Assembly (NCBI GenBank): GCA_017608505.1
Contig: JAFCFT010000010.1
Span: 1-63,187 of the forward strand
Origin: Candidatus Parvarchaeota archaeon
GTDB taxonomy: Archaea > Nanobdellota > Nanobdellia > WJKC01
Direction: 5' to 3'
DNA length: 63,187 nt
Position numbers and translations under genes: made by a program. The notes under the pieces are model-generated. The model saw only the letters and a list, made by a program, of their open reading frames with translations, did not search any database and was not told the DNA's origin. Shown here piece by piece: positions 1-8,861 of this stretch; position 1 is the first letter of the stretch, and each line of letters begins with the position of its first letter.

Positions 1-386
1 GGTGCTAAGACAAGCCAAGGAGAATGCTGGCTTTAGGCCAAGATACGTAATCACAGACGGATTATGGGAATACCGCAGAGCAGTAAGGAAAGTATTCGGA
101 TGGAAGTACACAACTCACATCATTGACACAGCCTTCGGAGCCAACAGCGTAATCGAACGATTAAACAAGGAAATCAAAAGACGTATCAAGTGGTTTAGCA
201 CATTCCAATCAACCGAGAACATTAAAGCATTCATTAACTTATGGATCTACCACTACAACCATGAACACGTGAACAGGACAACAGGCATGACACCAGCAAT
301 GAAAGCAGGCAACAAAAACAATAAAACACTACAACAAACACTGATAGGCTATCCAAGCCTATCACCACAAACTTAACACAACCTGG
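1..386 (+). mobile_element. IS6-family-like insertion sequence, 3' portion (truncated by window edge)
   Basis: Contains the C-terminal half of a DDE transposase (ORF 2..376). It is homologous to the element at 47795..48661. The stop codon lies in a degenerate terminal repeat (AAACTTAACACAACC versus GTCACTTAACC). The right end is approximate. Confidence 0.65.
2..376 (+). CDS. DDE transposase, C-terminal fragment (IS6-like)
   Basis: VITDGLWEYRRAVRKVFGW...NSVIERLNKEIKRRIKWFSTFQS matches the end of ORF 47930..48553 (VTDGLWEYRRAIRKTWGW) and the N-x-IER-x-N-x2-KRR block typical of IS6 transposases. Confidence 0.75.
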   Translation: MLRQAKENAGFRPRYVITDGLWEYRRAVRKVFGWKYTTHIIDTAFGANSVIERLNKEIKRRIKWFSTFQSTENIKAFINLWIYHYNHEHVNRTTGMTPAMKAGNKNNKTLQQTLIGYPSLSPQT

Positions 387-411
387 TTTTCTCAACTTTT
401 TCACTACCTTT

Positions 412-1923
412 TCATTGACTTAACAAAATCTTTAAATGTTCTTCTTGCACTGACAAAGTATATACTTGTTGTTTTGCCCACATTTGGTTCATTGTATACT
501 GTGAAACCGGAATTTCCGCATTTGAAGTTATGTTTAGTGGGTTGCTCTTAACACAAACACTTGTCTCATATGTTATATCTTTTAGTAGATGAATATTTTC
601 TAATGCTTGGTTAATACCCCCTGTAATTTTGATTGGCAAGACCCTTAAAGGTTCACCATCTTTTATGATATATGCCTCGTAAGCCCTAACTTCATAAGTT
701 TTAAAATGTTCGTTTGTGCTTCCTTCTGTAGGTATTGCTACAATCATACCCTCTAAATCAATGTCTTCTGGATGCCCATGAAGTACTGTGCAACTCATCC
801 TTGCTTGTGGAAAACTGCAATCAATGGATTGTACAGCATTACCAACAAATTCACTTTTATCAAGTCCCAAATAATTTTTTATATTTTTGTCATCTATGTA
901 TTCGCTTCCTAGGAACTCTTTGACTTCCCCGTTTTTTATGTTAATTCTTGGTTTTCTTTCTCTACCATAAGCATCGAATTTTGTGAATCCTATAACATTG
1001 TATGTTTCAACTTTTTGTAGTGGGTTGTCTATTATTGTAATTTTGTCATTATTTACTTTTTGACCATACTTGAATGTTGCTGAAGTGCCAAATGGAAGAT
1101 TGTATATCAATTCTTCAAAGTGATGTCCAAATATTTCATGAATTGGCACGCCTGAAAGCATTATCACATCATAAAGCGTGGATAAAGGGATGCCTGCTTT
1201 GTTAAAATTTTCGTATTTTAATTTAGATATATTATATAATTCATCAAAAGCTTCGCTAAATGTTTTAGATTTCTTAATTCTAGAATCCAATGTTGGATCA
1301 GGAATATATTTGATGAGGCTTGTAAGATTTTTTAAATCTCTATCACTAGTGCACACAACAGCCACATTTCTTGTAGTGGTTAAAGGATTGTATCCATGGC
1401 TATATTTTATTATGAAATATGGTATTGATTGAATAGCAAATCCGCCTTGAGAATTGACAACTATTTTTTGTTCAATTATTAATTGTCTTGAAAGTCTAGT
1501 AAATTCATGTTCTTTTGTAAATGTCTTAAGTTCTTCATCATACATGTCTATAGATACTGGCAGCTTGGGATAGTATATTATCTCGTTTGTTGGCAAAGGT
1601 ATTTTTTTAGGAGTAAATAGCACTTTTGCTTGGATTAAATCTCTTGAAACACATACTTTTTCAAAATTGCTGCGTGTTAGATAGTCTATTTCAGTGGATG
1701 AGTACAGGCCGTGCATTCTTTTTTGCTTTGGCATTGTTTCTTTATTCAGCGCTTTATTATATTCTACTATTATTTCTTCTTTGCCATTTATAAACATTTT
1801 AGAATATCTTGCTATATTGTGATATCTTGAAATTATATCCTCGTCTGAATTTTTTATTTCTGATAATAGTATTTCTGCTATTTCTATTAATTGGTCCTCT
1901 GTATCTGCTAATTCGTAGCTCAT
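412..1923 (-). CDS. TldD/PmbA-family (peptidase U62) metalloprotease-like protein
   Basis: HExxxH motif (PIHEIFGHHFEE) and C-terminal GNA...PQARMSCT block, as in TldD. Confidence 0.7.
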   Translation of the reverse strand: MSYELADTEDQLIEIAEILLSEIKNSDEDIISRYHNIARYSKMFINGKEEIIVEYNKALNKETMPKQKRMHGLYSSTEIDYLTRSNFEKVCVSRDLIQAKVLFTPKKIPLPTNEIIYYPKLPVSIDMYDEELKTFTKEHEFTRLSRQLIIEQKIVVNSQGGFAIQSIPYFIIKYSHGYNPLTTTRNVAVVCTSDRDLKNLTSLIKYIPDPTLDSRIKKSKTFSEAFDELYNISKLKYENFNKAGIPLSTLYDVIMLSGVPIHEIFGHHFEELIYNLPFGTSATFKYGQKVNNDKITIIDNPLQKVETYNVIGFTKFDAYGRERKPRINIKNGEVKEFLGSEYIDDKNIKNYLGLDKSEFVGNAVQSIDCSFPQARMSCTVLHGHPEDIDLEGMIVAIPTEGSTNEHFKTYEVRAYEAYIIKDGEPLRVLPIKITGGINQALENIHLLKDITYETSVCVKSNPLNITSNAEIPVSQYTMNQMWAKQQVYTLSVQEEHLKILLSQ

Positions 1924-1978
1924 GTGTTTATCTGTATGTTGTTCATATTATAAATTTTTTTAAAGTTCTAATTGAGGA

Positions 1979-2518
1979 TTATTTCTTTTTTTCGCCAGTG
2001 ACAGCTTTTTTAACTTTTTGAGCTATGCTTTCTTTTTTTTCCTTGACTTTCTTTTCTTTGCGGTCTTTGTGAGTTTTCTTTTTCTTTTTAGTTGCTTTTT
2101 TGGTTTTTGCAGTTTTTGCTTCTTCTTTGTATTCTGTTAGAACTGCATTGACAAAGCCTTCTTGCCCAGGCCTGTTAGTGACTATTGCTGGGCCTGCGCT
2201 TGTTTTTAATATTGCGCCTTTTGTTATTACATCCATGCGCACATAGTGTCTTGAAGCATCATTTTTTAGTACGTCTTCAATAACTGCTTTGACAGTTTTC
2301 TTTTTCTTAGGATCATAAACATTTGCTTCTGATAAGGCAAGGGCCCTGATTTTAAAATTGCCGCCGCGCACGCGGATTTTCTTGATTTTCCTTTCAGCAG
2401 CCACTCTTGTAAGGCTTGGGGGCCTCCCAAGAAGCGCTTTCTTTTTTGGAATGCTGTAGTGATACTTTCCGCCGCTTGGCTTTCTTTTTGAGCCGCCCAT
2501 CCAAATACTCATGGACAA
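1979..2518 (-). CDS. rps8e: 30S ribosomal protein eS8 with Lys-rich C-terminal extension
   Basis: WMGGSKRKPSGGKY and RVRGGNFKIRAL motifs of S8e. The last ~50 aa are a K/E/T-rich tail. Confidence 0.9.
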   Translation of the reverse strand: MSMSIWMGGSKRKPSGGKYHYSIPKKKALLGRPPSLTRVAAERKIKKIRVRGGNFKIRALALSEANVYDPKKKKTVKAVIEDVLKNDASRHYVRMDVITKGAILKTSAGPAIVTNRPGQEGFVNAVLTEYKEEAKTAKTKKATKKKKKTHKDRKEKKVKEKKESIAQKVKKAVTGEKKK

Positions 2519-2544
2519 AGAGAATCTTGCAAGGATTTATAAAA

Positions 2545-3201
2545 TTATTGGTATGGAAACAAATCTTTAATTCTTCTGATATATAGCTCTTCTTTTCTAA
2601 GTTTATTTTTTAGCAACTCTTTTATGTGCTCAATGTCCATTTTGAAATAATTTTTTAGTAGCAAGATGTCTTTGATGTCTTTTTCTCTAAAAGATATTAA
2701 TTTGCTAATGACTATATCTTCTGGCGTGGCAACGCGGATAATTATGTTTTTGTAATTGTTGTATGGGATGCTTATTAATTTTGAGTTGTCAACTACTGAT
2801 TCATAAAAGTTTTCAAATGAAGTGTTCTCATAATCTTCTTTTGTATAAAATGAGATATGTGATGATTTGTCTTTAATTTTTAATTCTTTTTTGTTTAAAT
2901 CAAAAAATTTCGCATATTTGCCGAGGGATTCTATCAAGCTTATGTTGTTTCCTTTATAGATGCAGTCAAGGTCTTTACTGCTTCTTAGCAAGGATTTTAG
3001 TGACTGAGTAGCACCCTTATTTTTAATTAGGTTTGTAATTGTTTGGTATTTGTTATTATTAATTATTTGGTTTAGTATCAAGTAATTAACTGCTGCGCCT
3101 CCTATTAAACAATATTTCGGGGTTTTATCCTCTAGTTGGGTGTGAAGTATCGTAGATAGATTTATTATTTCTTTATCCCAAGGATAATATGTGTTTTGCA
3201 T
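2545..3201 (-). CDS. putative nucleotidyltransferase-fold protein
   Basis: LIGGAAVNY...SSKDLDCIY plus C-terminal ATPEDIVISKLISFREKDIKDI resemble minimal/AbiEii-type nucleotidyltransferases. Motif-level call only. Confidence 0.4.
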   Translation of the reverse strand: MQNTYYPWDKEIINLSTILHTQLEDKTPKYCLIGGAAVNYLILNQIINNNKYQTITNLIKNKGATQSLKSLLRSSKDLDCIYKGNNISLIESLGKYAKFFDLNKKELKIKDKSSHISFYTKEDYENTSFENFYESVVDNSKLISIPYNNYKNIIIRVATPEDIVISKLISFREKDIKDILLLKNYFKMDIEHIKELLKNKLRKEELYIRRIKDLFPYQ

Positions 3202-3247
3202 GAAGGTGGATATTTTATCTTTTATTATTTAAGTTTTTTGTATGAGA

Positions 3248-3441
3248 GGTTAAGTGACATTAATTGTGTTTTTATTTTTTCAGCTTCTTATTTTTAGTTA
3301 GACCAAACGCAGTAATTGAAAGGCTGAACAGAGAGCTGAAACGAAGAATAAAATGGTTGGAGGGTTCCAAAGCAAGAAAGGAGCAGAGAATTTTATAGAG
3401 CAGTGGGTGAAGAGTTATAACACGGAAAAAGTCACTTAACC
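3248..3441 (+). mobile_element. MITE-like internal-deletion derivative of the IS6-like element
   Basis: Bounded by inverted GGTTAAGTGAC (3248) and GTCACTTAACC (3431..3441). The first ~50 bp match the IS left end at 63062. The rest encodes only the transposase C-terminus (PNAVIERLNRELKRRIKW...YNTEKVT*), which is itself frameshifted. Confidence 0.75.
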
Positions 3442-3442
3442 C

Positions 3443-3913
3443 GCTCCTGCAGCTGTATTTATTTACCCGTTTATTGCTCAGGCAATTGATATGATTAACG
3501 AGGTTTATGGAAGAAAAAAAGCACACCTAACGACAAGTATAGCCTTTGTTACACAGGTGTTATTGGTTGTATTTATTCTTATGACAAATAGTCTTTCTCC
3601 AACACCTTTCCTTAAATTTGAAAAAGCGTGGAAAAATATATTTAATTTATGAATAAGGATTACCGCAGCAAGTTGGATTGCTTTTTTTGGCATGTCAAAA
3701 TTTGGGCGCTTATGTTTTTGCATGGTTAAAAAGAAAGTATAAAAGAAAAGTACTTTTGAGGAGTGTGACAAGTGATGTATTAGATTAACTTTTGATAGCC
3801 TTATATTCGTGACAATTGCTTTCTATGAGGTAATGCCGATAGTACCACTCACAATCGGGCAAATAGTAAGCAAAAACATAATAGGATTTTTAGATACGCT
3901 TTGGTTTGTTTGA
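3443..3913 (+). pseudogene. queuosine-precursor transporter (YhhQ/VUT family) pseudogene
   Basis: +strand reading AAVFIYPFIAQAIDMINEVYGRKKA..., then IRITAASWIAFFG, then LTFDSLIFVTIAFYEV...DTLWFV follows the YhhQ pattern. It has an in-frame TGA at 3650, a later frameshift, and its N-terminus is replaced by the MITE. Confidence 0.55.
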
Positions 3914-4046
3914 TATAAAAAGATGTTAAAAAAGGATAAATGATGCCTAGCCCCTTAAATCCAGTTGATGGTTCCGTCAACTTTGCCAACTACTGTTGAA
4001 ACCGGAAAGGTTTTAAAATGAGTAAAAATTCTAAAAACAAAAAAGT

Positions 4047-4144
4047 GGGGCCGTAGTCTAGCCTGGTCTAGGACCCGCGGTTTGGGACCGCGAGACCCCG
4101 GTTCAAAGCCACGAAGATCTTGGTTGGAAATCCGGGCGGCCTCA
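4047..4144 (+). tRNA. tRNA-Pro (anticodon UGG) with a 23-nt intron in the T-loop
   Basis: Manual cloverleaf: acceptor GGGGCCG/CGGCCTC, D arm GTCT..GGAC, anticodon stem CGCGG/CCGCG with loop TTTGGGA, T stem CCCGG/CCGGG. The T-loop TTCAAA-T is interrupted by GCCACGAAGATCTTGGTTGGAAA (4108..4130). Confidence 0.9.
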
Positions 4145-4175
4145 CTTCAAAACATTTAAAAAAGCATGAAGAATC

Positions 4176-4403
4176 GTGATTCGTATGGGTGGAAAAACTA
4201 AAAAAGTCGGTGTTGCTGGAAGGTATGGGGCAAGATACGGCCGCAAAACGCGCAAAAAGGTTAAAACAATCGAAGAAATGAAAAAATCCAGCAAAGAATG
4301 TCCAGAATGCGGCAAAAAAACTATTAAAAGGCTTGCCCAGGGAATTTTTGAATGCAAAAAATGCGGAGCAAAAATAGCAGGAAAAGCATATTTTTTAAAG
4401 TAA
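4176..4403 (+). CDS. rpl37ae: 50S ribosomal protein eL43 (L37Ae)
   Basis: GRYGARYG motif and CPECG...CKKCG zinc ribbon. Confidence 0.9.
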   Translation: MIRMGGKTKKVGVAGRYGARYGRKTRKKVKTIEEMKKSSKECPECGKKTIKRLAQGIFECKKCGAKIAGKAYFLK

Positions 4404-4413
4404 ATTTTTAGAT

Positions 4414-4842
4414 ATGGGGTCTAAAAAGAAAAAAATTGAAAAATTTGTAGAAATTGTAGAAAAAAGCAAAGACCTGGACTTTTTTGGCATCAAATTAAGA
4501 GAGATGCTTGAATACTTGTGTTCGCAAAACGGCATTAATCAAATAACTTCAGATTGCTTGCGCAACAGACTTGATGTTTTTAAAAAAGAATATCCTAACA
4601 ATTTAATGAGAATACTTCAAGAAAAAATAAATATGGATTATTCTAGATTAGACAAATGCTTAATGCGCATTAAAAAATTAAGCCGTTGTGTTTATGAAGA
4701 TGTTGCAAAAACCAATTATGCAAAATTAAAACAAATAGTTGAAGAAGGGATTAATGAATATTTTAATCCACCTAAGGCGCCTAACAATATTAAACATGAA
4801 AAATATCCGAGTCATCCTCCAATAGCGCCAAAAGATTATTAG
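4414..4842 (+). CDS. hypothetical protein
   Basis: 142-aa ORF packed between rpl37ae and rpoN. No recognisable motif. Confidence 0.45.
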   Translation: MGSKKKKIEKFVEIVEKSKDLDFFGIKLREMLEYLCSQNGINQITSDCLRNRLDVFKKEYPNNLMRILQEKINMDYSRLDKCLMRIKKLSRCVYEDVAKTNYAKLKQIVEEGINEYFNPPKAPNNIKHEKYPSHPPIAPKDY

Positions 4843-5039
4843 AATTTTTTATATACAGCTATCAAGTCTATTAAATCGACGTGGCTTATAAAAACTGCTC
4901 TGCAGCAGTATCTTTTAATATCTAGCATGTCAAGCGCTTTTGCAGGCTCCATGCCATTTTCCACTAATTCTTTAAATTTTTCCCAGAGATGTCCTATTGG
5001 TTTTCCGCATGAAAAACAGCGGACAGGGATCATTGTCAT
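4839..5039 (-). CDS. rpoN: DNA-directed RNA polymerase subunit N (Rpo10)
   Basis: MIPVRCFSCGKPIG...RYCCR signature. Confidence 0.9.
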   Translation of the reverse strand: MTMIPVRCFSCGKPIGHLWEKFKELVENGMEPAKALDMLDIKRYCCRAVFISHVDLIDLIAVYKKF

Positions 5040-5117
5040 AAGGGAATAAAAAATGCAAGGGCTTTATAAAACTTTCTAAAAATATTTTAAATAGTGCATT
5101 TTTATTAGGATTCTTGA

Positions 5118-5744
5118 ATGATTAAAAACATAATTTTTGACTGGTCAGGCACATTATGCAACGATTTTATGCAAATATACAAAGCAACAATGGTGATATT
5201 TGAAAAGTATGGAGTGCCAAAAATAACACCTGAAAAATACAAGGAAGAAAACAAGTTGTTGTATATGGAATTCTACAACAAATATATACCAAAACTTACA
5301 ATGAAAGAGCAAGACAAGTTATTTAGAAACGCAATAAGAATGGTCGGCAGTCCAAAGCTGTTTTCTGGAGTAAAGGATCTCTTGGAATGGCTTTATAATA
5401 AAGGATACAAAATGGCAGTCTTAAGTTCTTCATTAACAAGCGAAATTAAAAAAGAAATAAAGAAAAGCAAGATAGGCATGTATTTTAAGAAAGTTTTAGG
5501 AGACGTCTATGACAAAAGAAAAACAATAAATGCTTTATTGAATTCTCTTAACTTTAAACCAAAAGAAACTATGTTTGTTGGCGACACTGCGCACGATATT
5601 GAAACAGGTAAGAATGCAGGCGTCACCACTGTGGCAATAACATGGGGGTATCAAACAAAAGAAAGGATACTAGAGGCAAAGCCGGATTATGTTATAGAAG
5701 ATATAAGCGAGTTAAAGAGCATTCTTAAAAGTAAAGCTTATTAA
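5118..5744 (+). CDS. HAD-superfamily hydrolase (phosphoglycolate phosphatase-like)
   Basis: Motif I IIFDWSGTL (DxS rather than DxD), motif II LSSS, motif IV VGDTAHDIETGKNAG. Confidence 0.75.
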   Translation: MIKNIIFDWSGTLCNDFMQIYKATMVIFEKYGVPKITPEKYKEENKLLYMEFYNKYIPKLTMKEQDKLFRNAIRMVGSPKLFSGVKDLLEWLYNKGYKMAVLSSSLTSEIKKEIKKSKIGMYFKKVLGDVYDKRKTINALLNSLNFKPKETMFVGDTAHDIETGKNAGVTTVAITWGYQTKERILEAKPDYVIEDISELKSILKSKAY

Positions 5745-5768
5745 AAGACACAAAGTAAAGATTATCTT

Positions 5769-6896
5769 ATGGACACAGAAAGAAAATTGGAATTAATCAC
5801 TAGGTGGCCTACAGAAGAGATTCTAACAATTGACGAATTAAAGGAATTGCTCAACACAGGGGAAAAATTGAAGCATTACATTGGCTTTGAGATAAGCGGG
5901 AGAATGCATCTTGGAACTGGCATAGGATGCATGCAAAAAGTAGTCGATATGCAAAAAGCAGGAGTAGATTGTTCAATATTCTTAGCAGATTGGCATGCAT
6001 GGATTAACAATAAGTTAGGAGGAAACTGGGAAAATATACAAAAAGCGGTAGAATACTACAAAGAAGGGTTTACTGCTGTCATTAAGGCGTTAGGCGGCGA
6101 TCCTAAAAAAGTAAAATTTGTGCTCGGTTCGGAATTATATCACAACAACGATGATTACTGGAAAACTGTGATTGATGTAAGCAAAAATATCAGCATAGGA
6201 AGAATAATGAGAAGTATCACAATAATGGGAAGAAAAGAAAAAGAACTTACAAGCTTTGCACAATTGATATATCCTCCAATGCAAGTAGCAGACATATTTA
6301 TTCAAGGCGTTAACATAGCTCACGCTGGAACTGACCAAAGAAAAGCGCATGTTGTTGCCAGAGATGTTGCGAAAAAACTTGTTGTAAAACCGCTAAAAAA
6401 TAAAAAAGGAGAAATAATAAAACCTATAGCAATCCATCATCACTTATGGTTGGGATTAAGCAAGCCGTCTGTTTGGCCAATACCTAAAAATGTTAACAAG
6501 CAAGAATTGTGGACGTCTATGAAGATGAGCAAAAGCAAGCCAAAAACTGCTGTGTATCTTAATGACAAGCCAGAAGATATAAAAGATAAAATCATGAATG
6601 CGTTTTGTCCTGAAAAAATAATTGAATTTAATCCTTTAATGGACTGGGCAAAGTGCATAGTGTTTAGAGATGAAAACTCATTCGAAGTTAAAAGGCCATC
6701 AAAGTACGGAGGCAACATAGTGTTTAACAACTATGAAAAGCTAGAAAAGGAATACAAAAAAGGAAGGCTGCATCCCCTGGACTTTAAAAAAGCAATGGCA
6801 GACTACATAATTGAACTGTTAAAACCTGTAAGAGAGCATTTTAAGAACAAACAACATTTAATAGAAATGATGAATTCTTTTCAAATAACTCGTTAA
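5769..6896 (+). CDS. tyrS: tyrosine--tRNA ligase (archaeal type)
   Basis: Class I motifs IGFEISGRMHLGTG (HIGH-like) and KMSKS. Collinear with archaeal TyrRS (LADWHA, IYPPMQVADI, QRKAHV). Carries an insertion before KMSKS. Confidence 0.8.
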   Translation: MDTERKLELITRWPTEEILTIDELKELLNTGEKLKHYIGFEISGRMHLGTGIGCMQKVVDMQKAGVDCSIFLADWHAWINNKLGGNWENIQKAVEYYKEGFTAVIKALGGDPKKVKFVLGSELYHNNDDYWKTVIDVSKNISIGRIMRSITIMGRKEKELTSFAQLIYPPMQVADIFIQGVNIAHAGTDQRKAHVVARDVAKKLVVKPLKNKKGEIIKPIAIHHHLWLGLSKPSVWPIPKNVNKQELWTSMKMSKSKPKTAVYLNDKPEDIKDKIMNAFCPEKIIEFNPLMDWAKCIVFRDENSFEVKRPSKYGGNIVFNNYEKLEKEYKKGRLHPLDFKKAMADYIIELLKPVREHFKNKQHLIEMMNSFQITR

Positions 6897-7483
6897 TCTT
6901 CATCAGCCAAAGCGCCAGGAACTTCAGGCACTATTCTTTTAAGCATTATAAATAAAAGCCAAAGCAAAGAGAACAAAGAAACGCTTGCAAACAAAGTAGT
7001 TATGCTAAAGTCCAGAACTCCATAAATAAAAGGCGTTACAAGTATTGAAAGAAATGAAAATTCTCTATTTTTCCCCCACAATTTTGCAGCCTTTTTTGCA
7101 AGCGCAGCTTCAATCATAACCGAAAGTCCATAAAATATCATAAATATTGAAAACAGTGTTTTTAAAAAACTTTGAAGAACAATTCCTTGCTCTATTAAAT
7201 AGCGCGACCACGAAATGCCAACCCACAATCCGGATAAGCCATTGCCAAAAGCAGACTCGAAAGATCTTCTAGATTTTCTAAATGTTAGTTCGCTTATAGT
7301 CCACGCCACATAAACAGGTATTAAAGTCCACAGCACTTCAAAATTAAAAAAAGGCGCAACTAAAATTGCGCCCATTTCTGAAATTACAGGCAAAAACCCG
7401 CCAAGCGCTATGCTTACAATTGCAACGCAAGATAGAATCAAAGATTTTGTCAGCACCCAATGTTTTTTTACCCAGCTGCGCAC
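6893..7483 (-). CDS. integral membrane protein, unknown function
   Basis: 196-aa ORF with multiple hydrophobic spans and a GTG start. Confidence 0.5.
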   Translation of the reverse strand: MRSWVKKHWVLTKSLILSCVAIVSIALGGFLPVISEMGAILVAPFFNFEVLWTLIPVYVAWTISELTFRKSRRSFESAFGNGLSGLWVGISWSRYLIEQGIVLQSFLKTLFSIFMIFYGLSVMIEAALAKKAAKLWGKNREFSFLSILVTPFIYGVLDFSITTLFASVSLFSLLWLLFIMLKRIVPEVPGALADED

Positions 7484-7507
7484 GTATATAATAAAGAAAT
7501 CGCTCTT

Positions 7508-8125
7508 TTAAAACTTGTACTTTTCATGTAAATAGTTTTGATACTTTAAAAGATTCACATATATTCCAGGTCTTAGTTCAATCGTATCAGCTTTAAACTC
7601 CCTAATTAAGTTTAAAGTTATCTTTGCATACCTTTTAATTAGATTGCCTTCAATCTCACTGCATATCAAAGAATCAAGCGCAAGCAAAGCATCTTTAAGC
7701 CTGTCTTGAATACTTATTTTATATAACATTTCCCATTCTTCAGGAGGTTTTCTGCCAAGCATTCGCATTGCTTTAACATACTCGAATTTATTATAATTTG
7801 AAAAGTAGTCTTTTACTTCATCGCCGACATAAATACATTGGCCCTCTAAGCAAGGATCGCATTTGTCTTTATCAAGAATCTTAAGATAAAGGTGATATAT
7901 TTTAATTGGCCCCTCTGAAAGGACCCATCTTTTATCATAATTGTCATTATGCACATGTTCATCCATTGGCAGTACCACGTATCCATAACCATCTATAAAA
8001 GCCTTGTTCTTAATAGTCCCAAGATATTCTGCAGAAGTTGCATTCCTTTTATTCCATACAACAAGCAATTCTTTCCCTATGTTGCTTTTAAGCAATTCAT
8101 TTAGATCTTTAATGCTTGAATTCAT
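7508..8125 (-). CDS. hypothetical protein (paralog A; conserved domain N-terminal)
   Basis: Shares a ~110-aa domain with 8184..8771 (NIGKELLVVWNK, PMDEHVHNDNYDKRW, IKIYHLYLKILDK, YVKAMRMLG). Confidence 0.6.
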   Translation of the reverse strand: MNSSIKDLNELLKSNIGKELLVVWNKRNATSAEYLGTIKNKAFIDGYGYVVLPMDEHVHNDNYDKRWVLSEGPIKIYHLYLKILDKDKCDPCLEGQCIYVGDEVKDYFSNYNKFEYVKAMRMLGRKPPEEWEMLYKISIQDRLKDALLALDSLICSEIEGNLIKRYAKITLNLIREFKADTIELRPGIYVNLLKYQNYLHEKYKF

Positions 8126-8183
8126 AGGCTTATAAAAAATAATCTTTCCTTTAAAACTTTTTGTGAATTGAGAATATCATATT

Positions 8184-8771
8184 CTAATAAGCATTTATTC
8201 CCAACAACTTTAAGGCTTTAGCATATTCAGGGGCTTTAATTTCATTACCAACGCAGAAATACTGGCCCATCTCTGTTGTGGGCATTTTATCAAGCATCTT
8301 AAAATAAATACATTTTATTTTTATAGGGCTTTTTGCAAGTTCCCACTCCTTTTTGTAATTATCATCATGAACATGTTTGTCCATTGGAATTATTACATAA
8401 TAAAAACCATGCAGCTGTTCAAACTCAATACCAGACTTAATAATGCCTATATATCTTGAGGGAATAATTTCTGTCTTATTAGGTCCGAATGTAGGAAATC
8501 CAACAATTTCCTCTTTATTCCATATCATTAATAATTCCTTGCCTATGTTGTCTTTTAATAGATTGTCAAGCATTTTATAAGGACGTTCAATCTCTTCAGA
8601 AATAGCACCATAGGCGCAAATAACAAAGTCTGTTATCTTATTACCTGTTGTTGCACCGTCCTTGATCATGTTTTGCAAAGTTTTGATTCTATTATTTATC
8701 TCTTCAGTAATATTTGAACGCTCGTTATATAATTTTTTAATTTCTTCAATATAATCCGTTAATTCATCCAT
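8184..8771 (-). CDS. hypothetical protein (paralog B; conserved domain C-terminal)
   Basis: Coiled-coil-like N-terminal ~65 aa, then the shared domain (NIGKELLMIWNK, PMDKHVHDDNYKKEW, IKIKCIYFKMLDK, YAKALKLLG). Confidence 0.6.
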   Translation of the reverse strand: MDELTDYIEEIKKLYNERSNITEEINNRIKTLQNMIKDGATTGNKITDFVICAYGAISEEIERPYKMLDNLLKDNIGKELLMIWNKEEIVGFPTFGPNKTEIIPSRYIGIIKSGIEFEQLHGFYYVIIPMDKHVHDDNYKKEWELAKSPIKIKCIYFKMLDKMPTTEMGQYFCVGNEIKAPEYAKALKLLGINAY

Positions 8772-8861
8772 CTAAAAATCTTAAATTATGTATTCTATTA
8801 AAAAATATCTTTACTATAAAGGATAAGTTTTAAAAGCAAGACATAAATCCTTATTGAATGT

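Noticed and set aside
2000-2150. Lys-rich stretch as a separate histone-like or HMG-like gene
   Set aside because: It is continuous in frame with the eS8 core and has no independent start.
3272-3771. Minus-strand ORFs 3272..3526 and 3505..3771
   Set aside because: The plus strand carries recognisable homology here (transposase C-terminus, then a YhhQ-like frame). The minus-strand ORFs have no motifs and odd composition.
5118-5744. HAD hydrolase with DxS in place of the DxD motif as an inactive enzyme
   Set aside because: Some HAD subfamilies, such as the dehalogenase type, naturally lack the second Asp. There is not enough evidence to call this anomalous.
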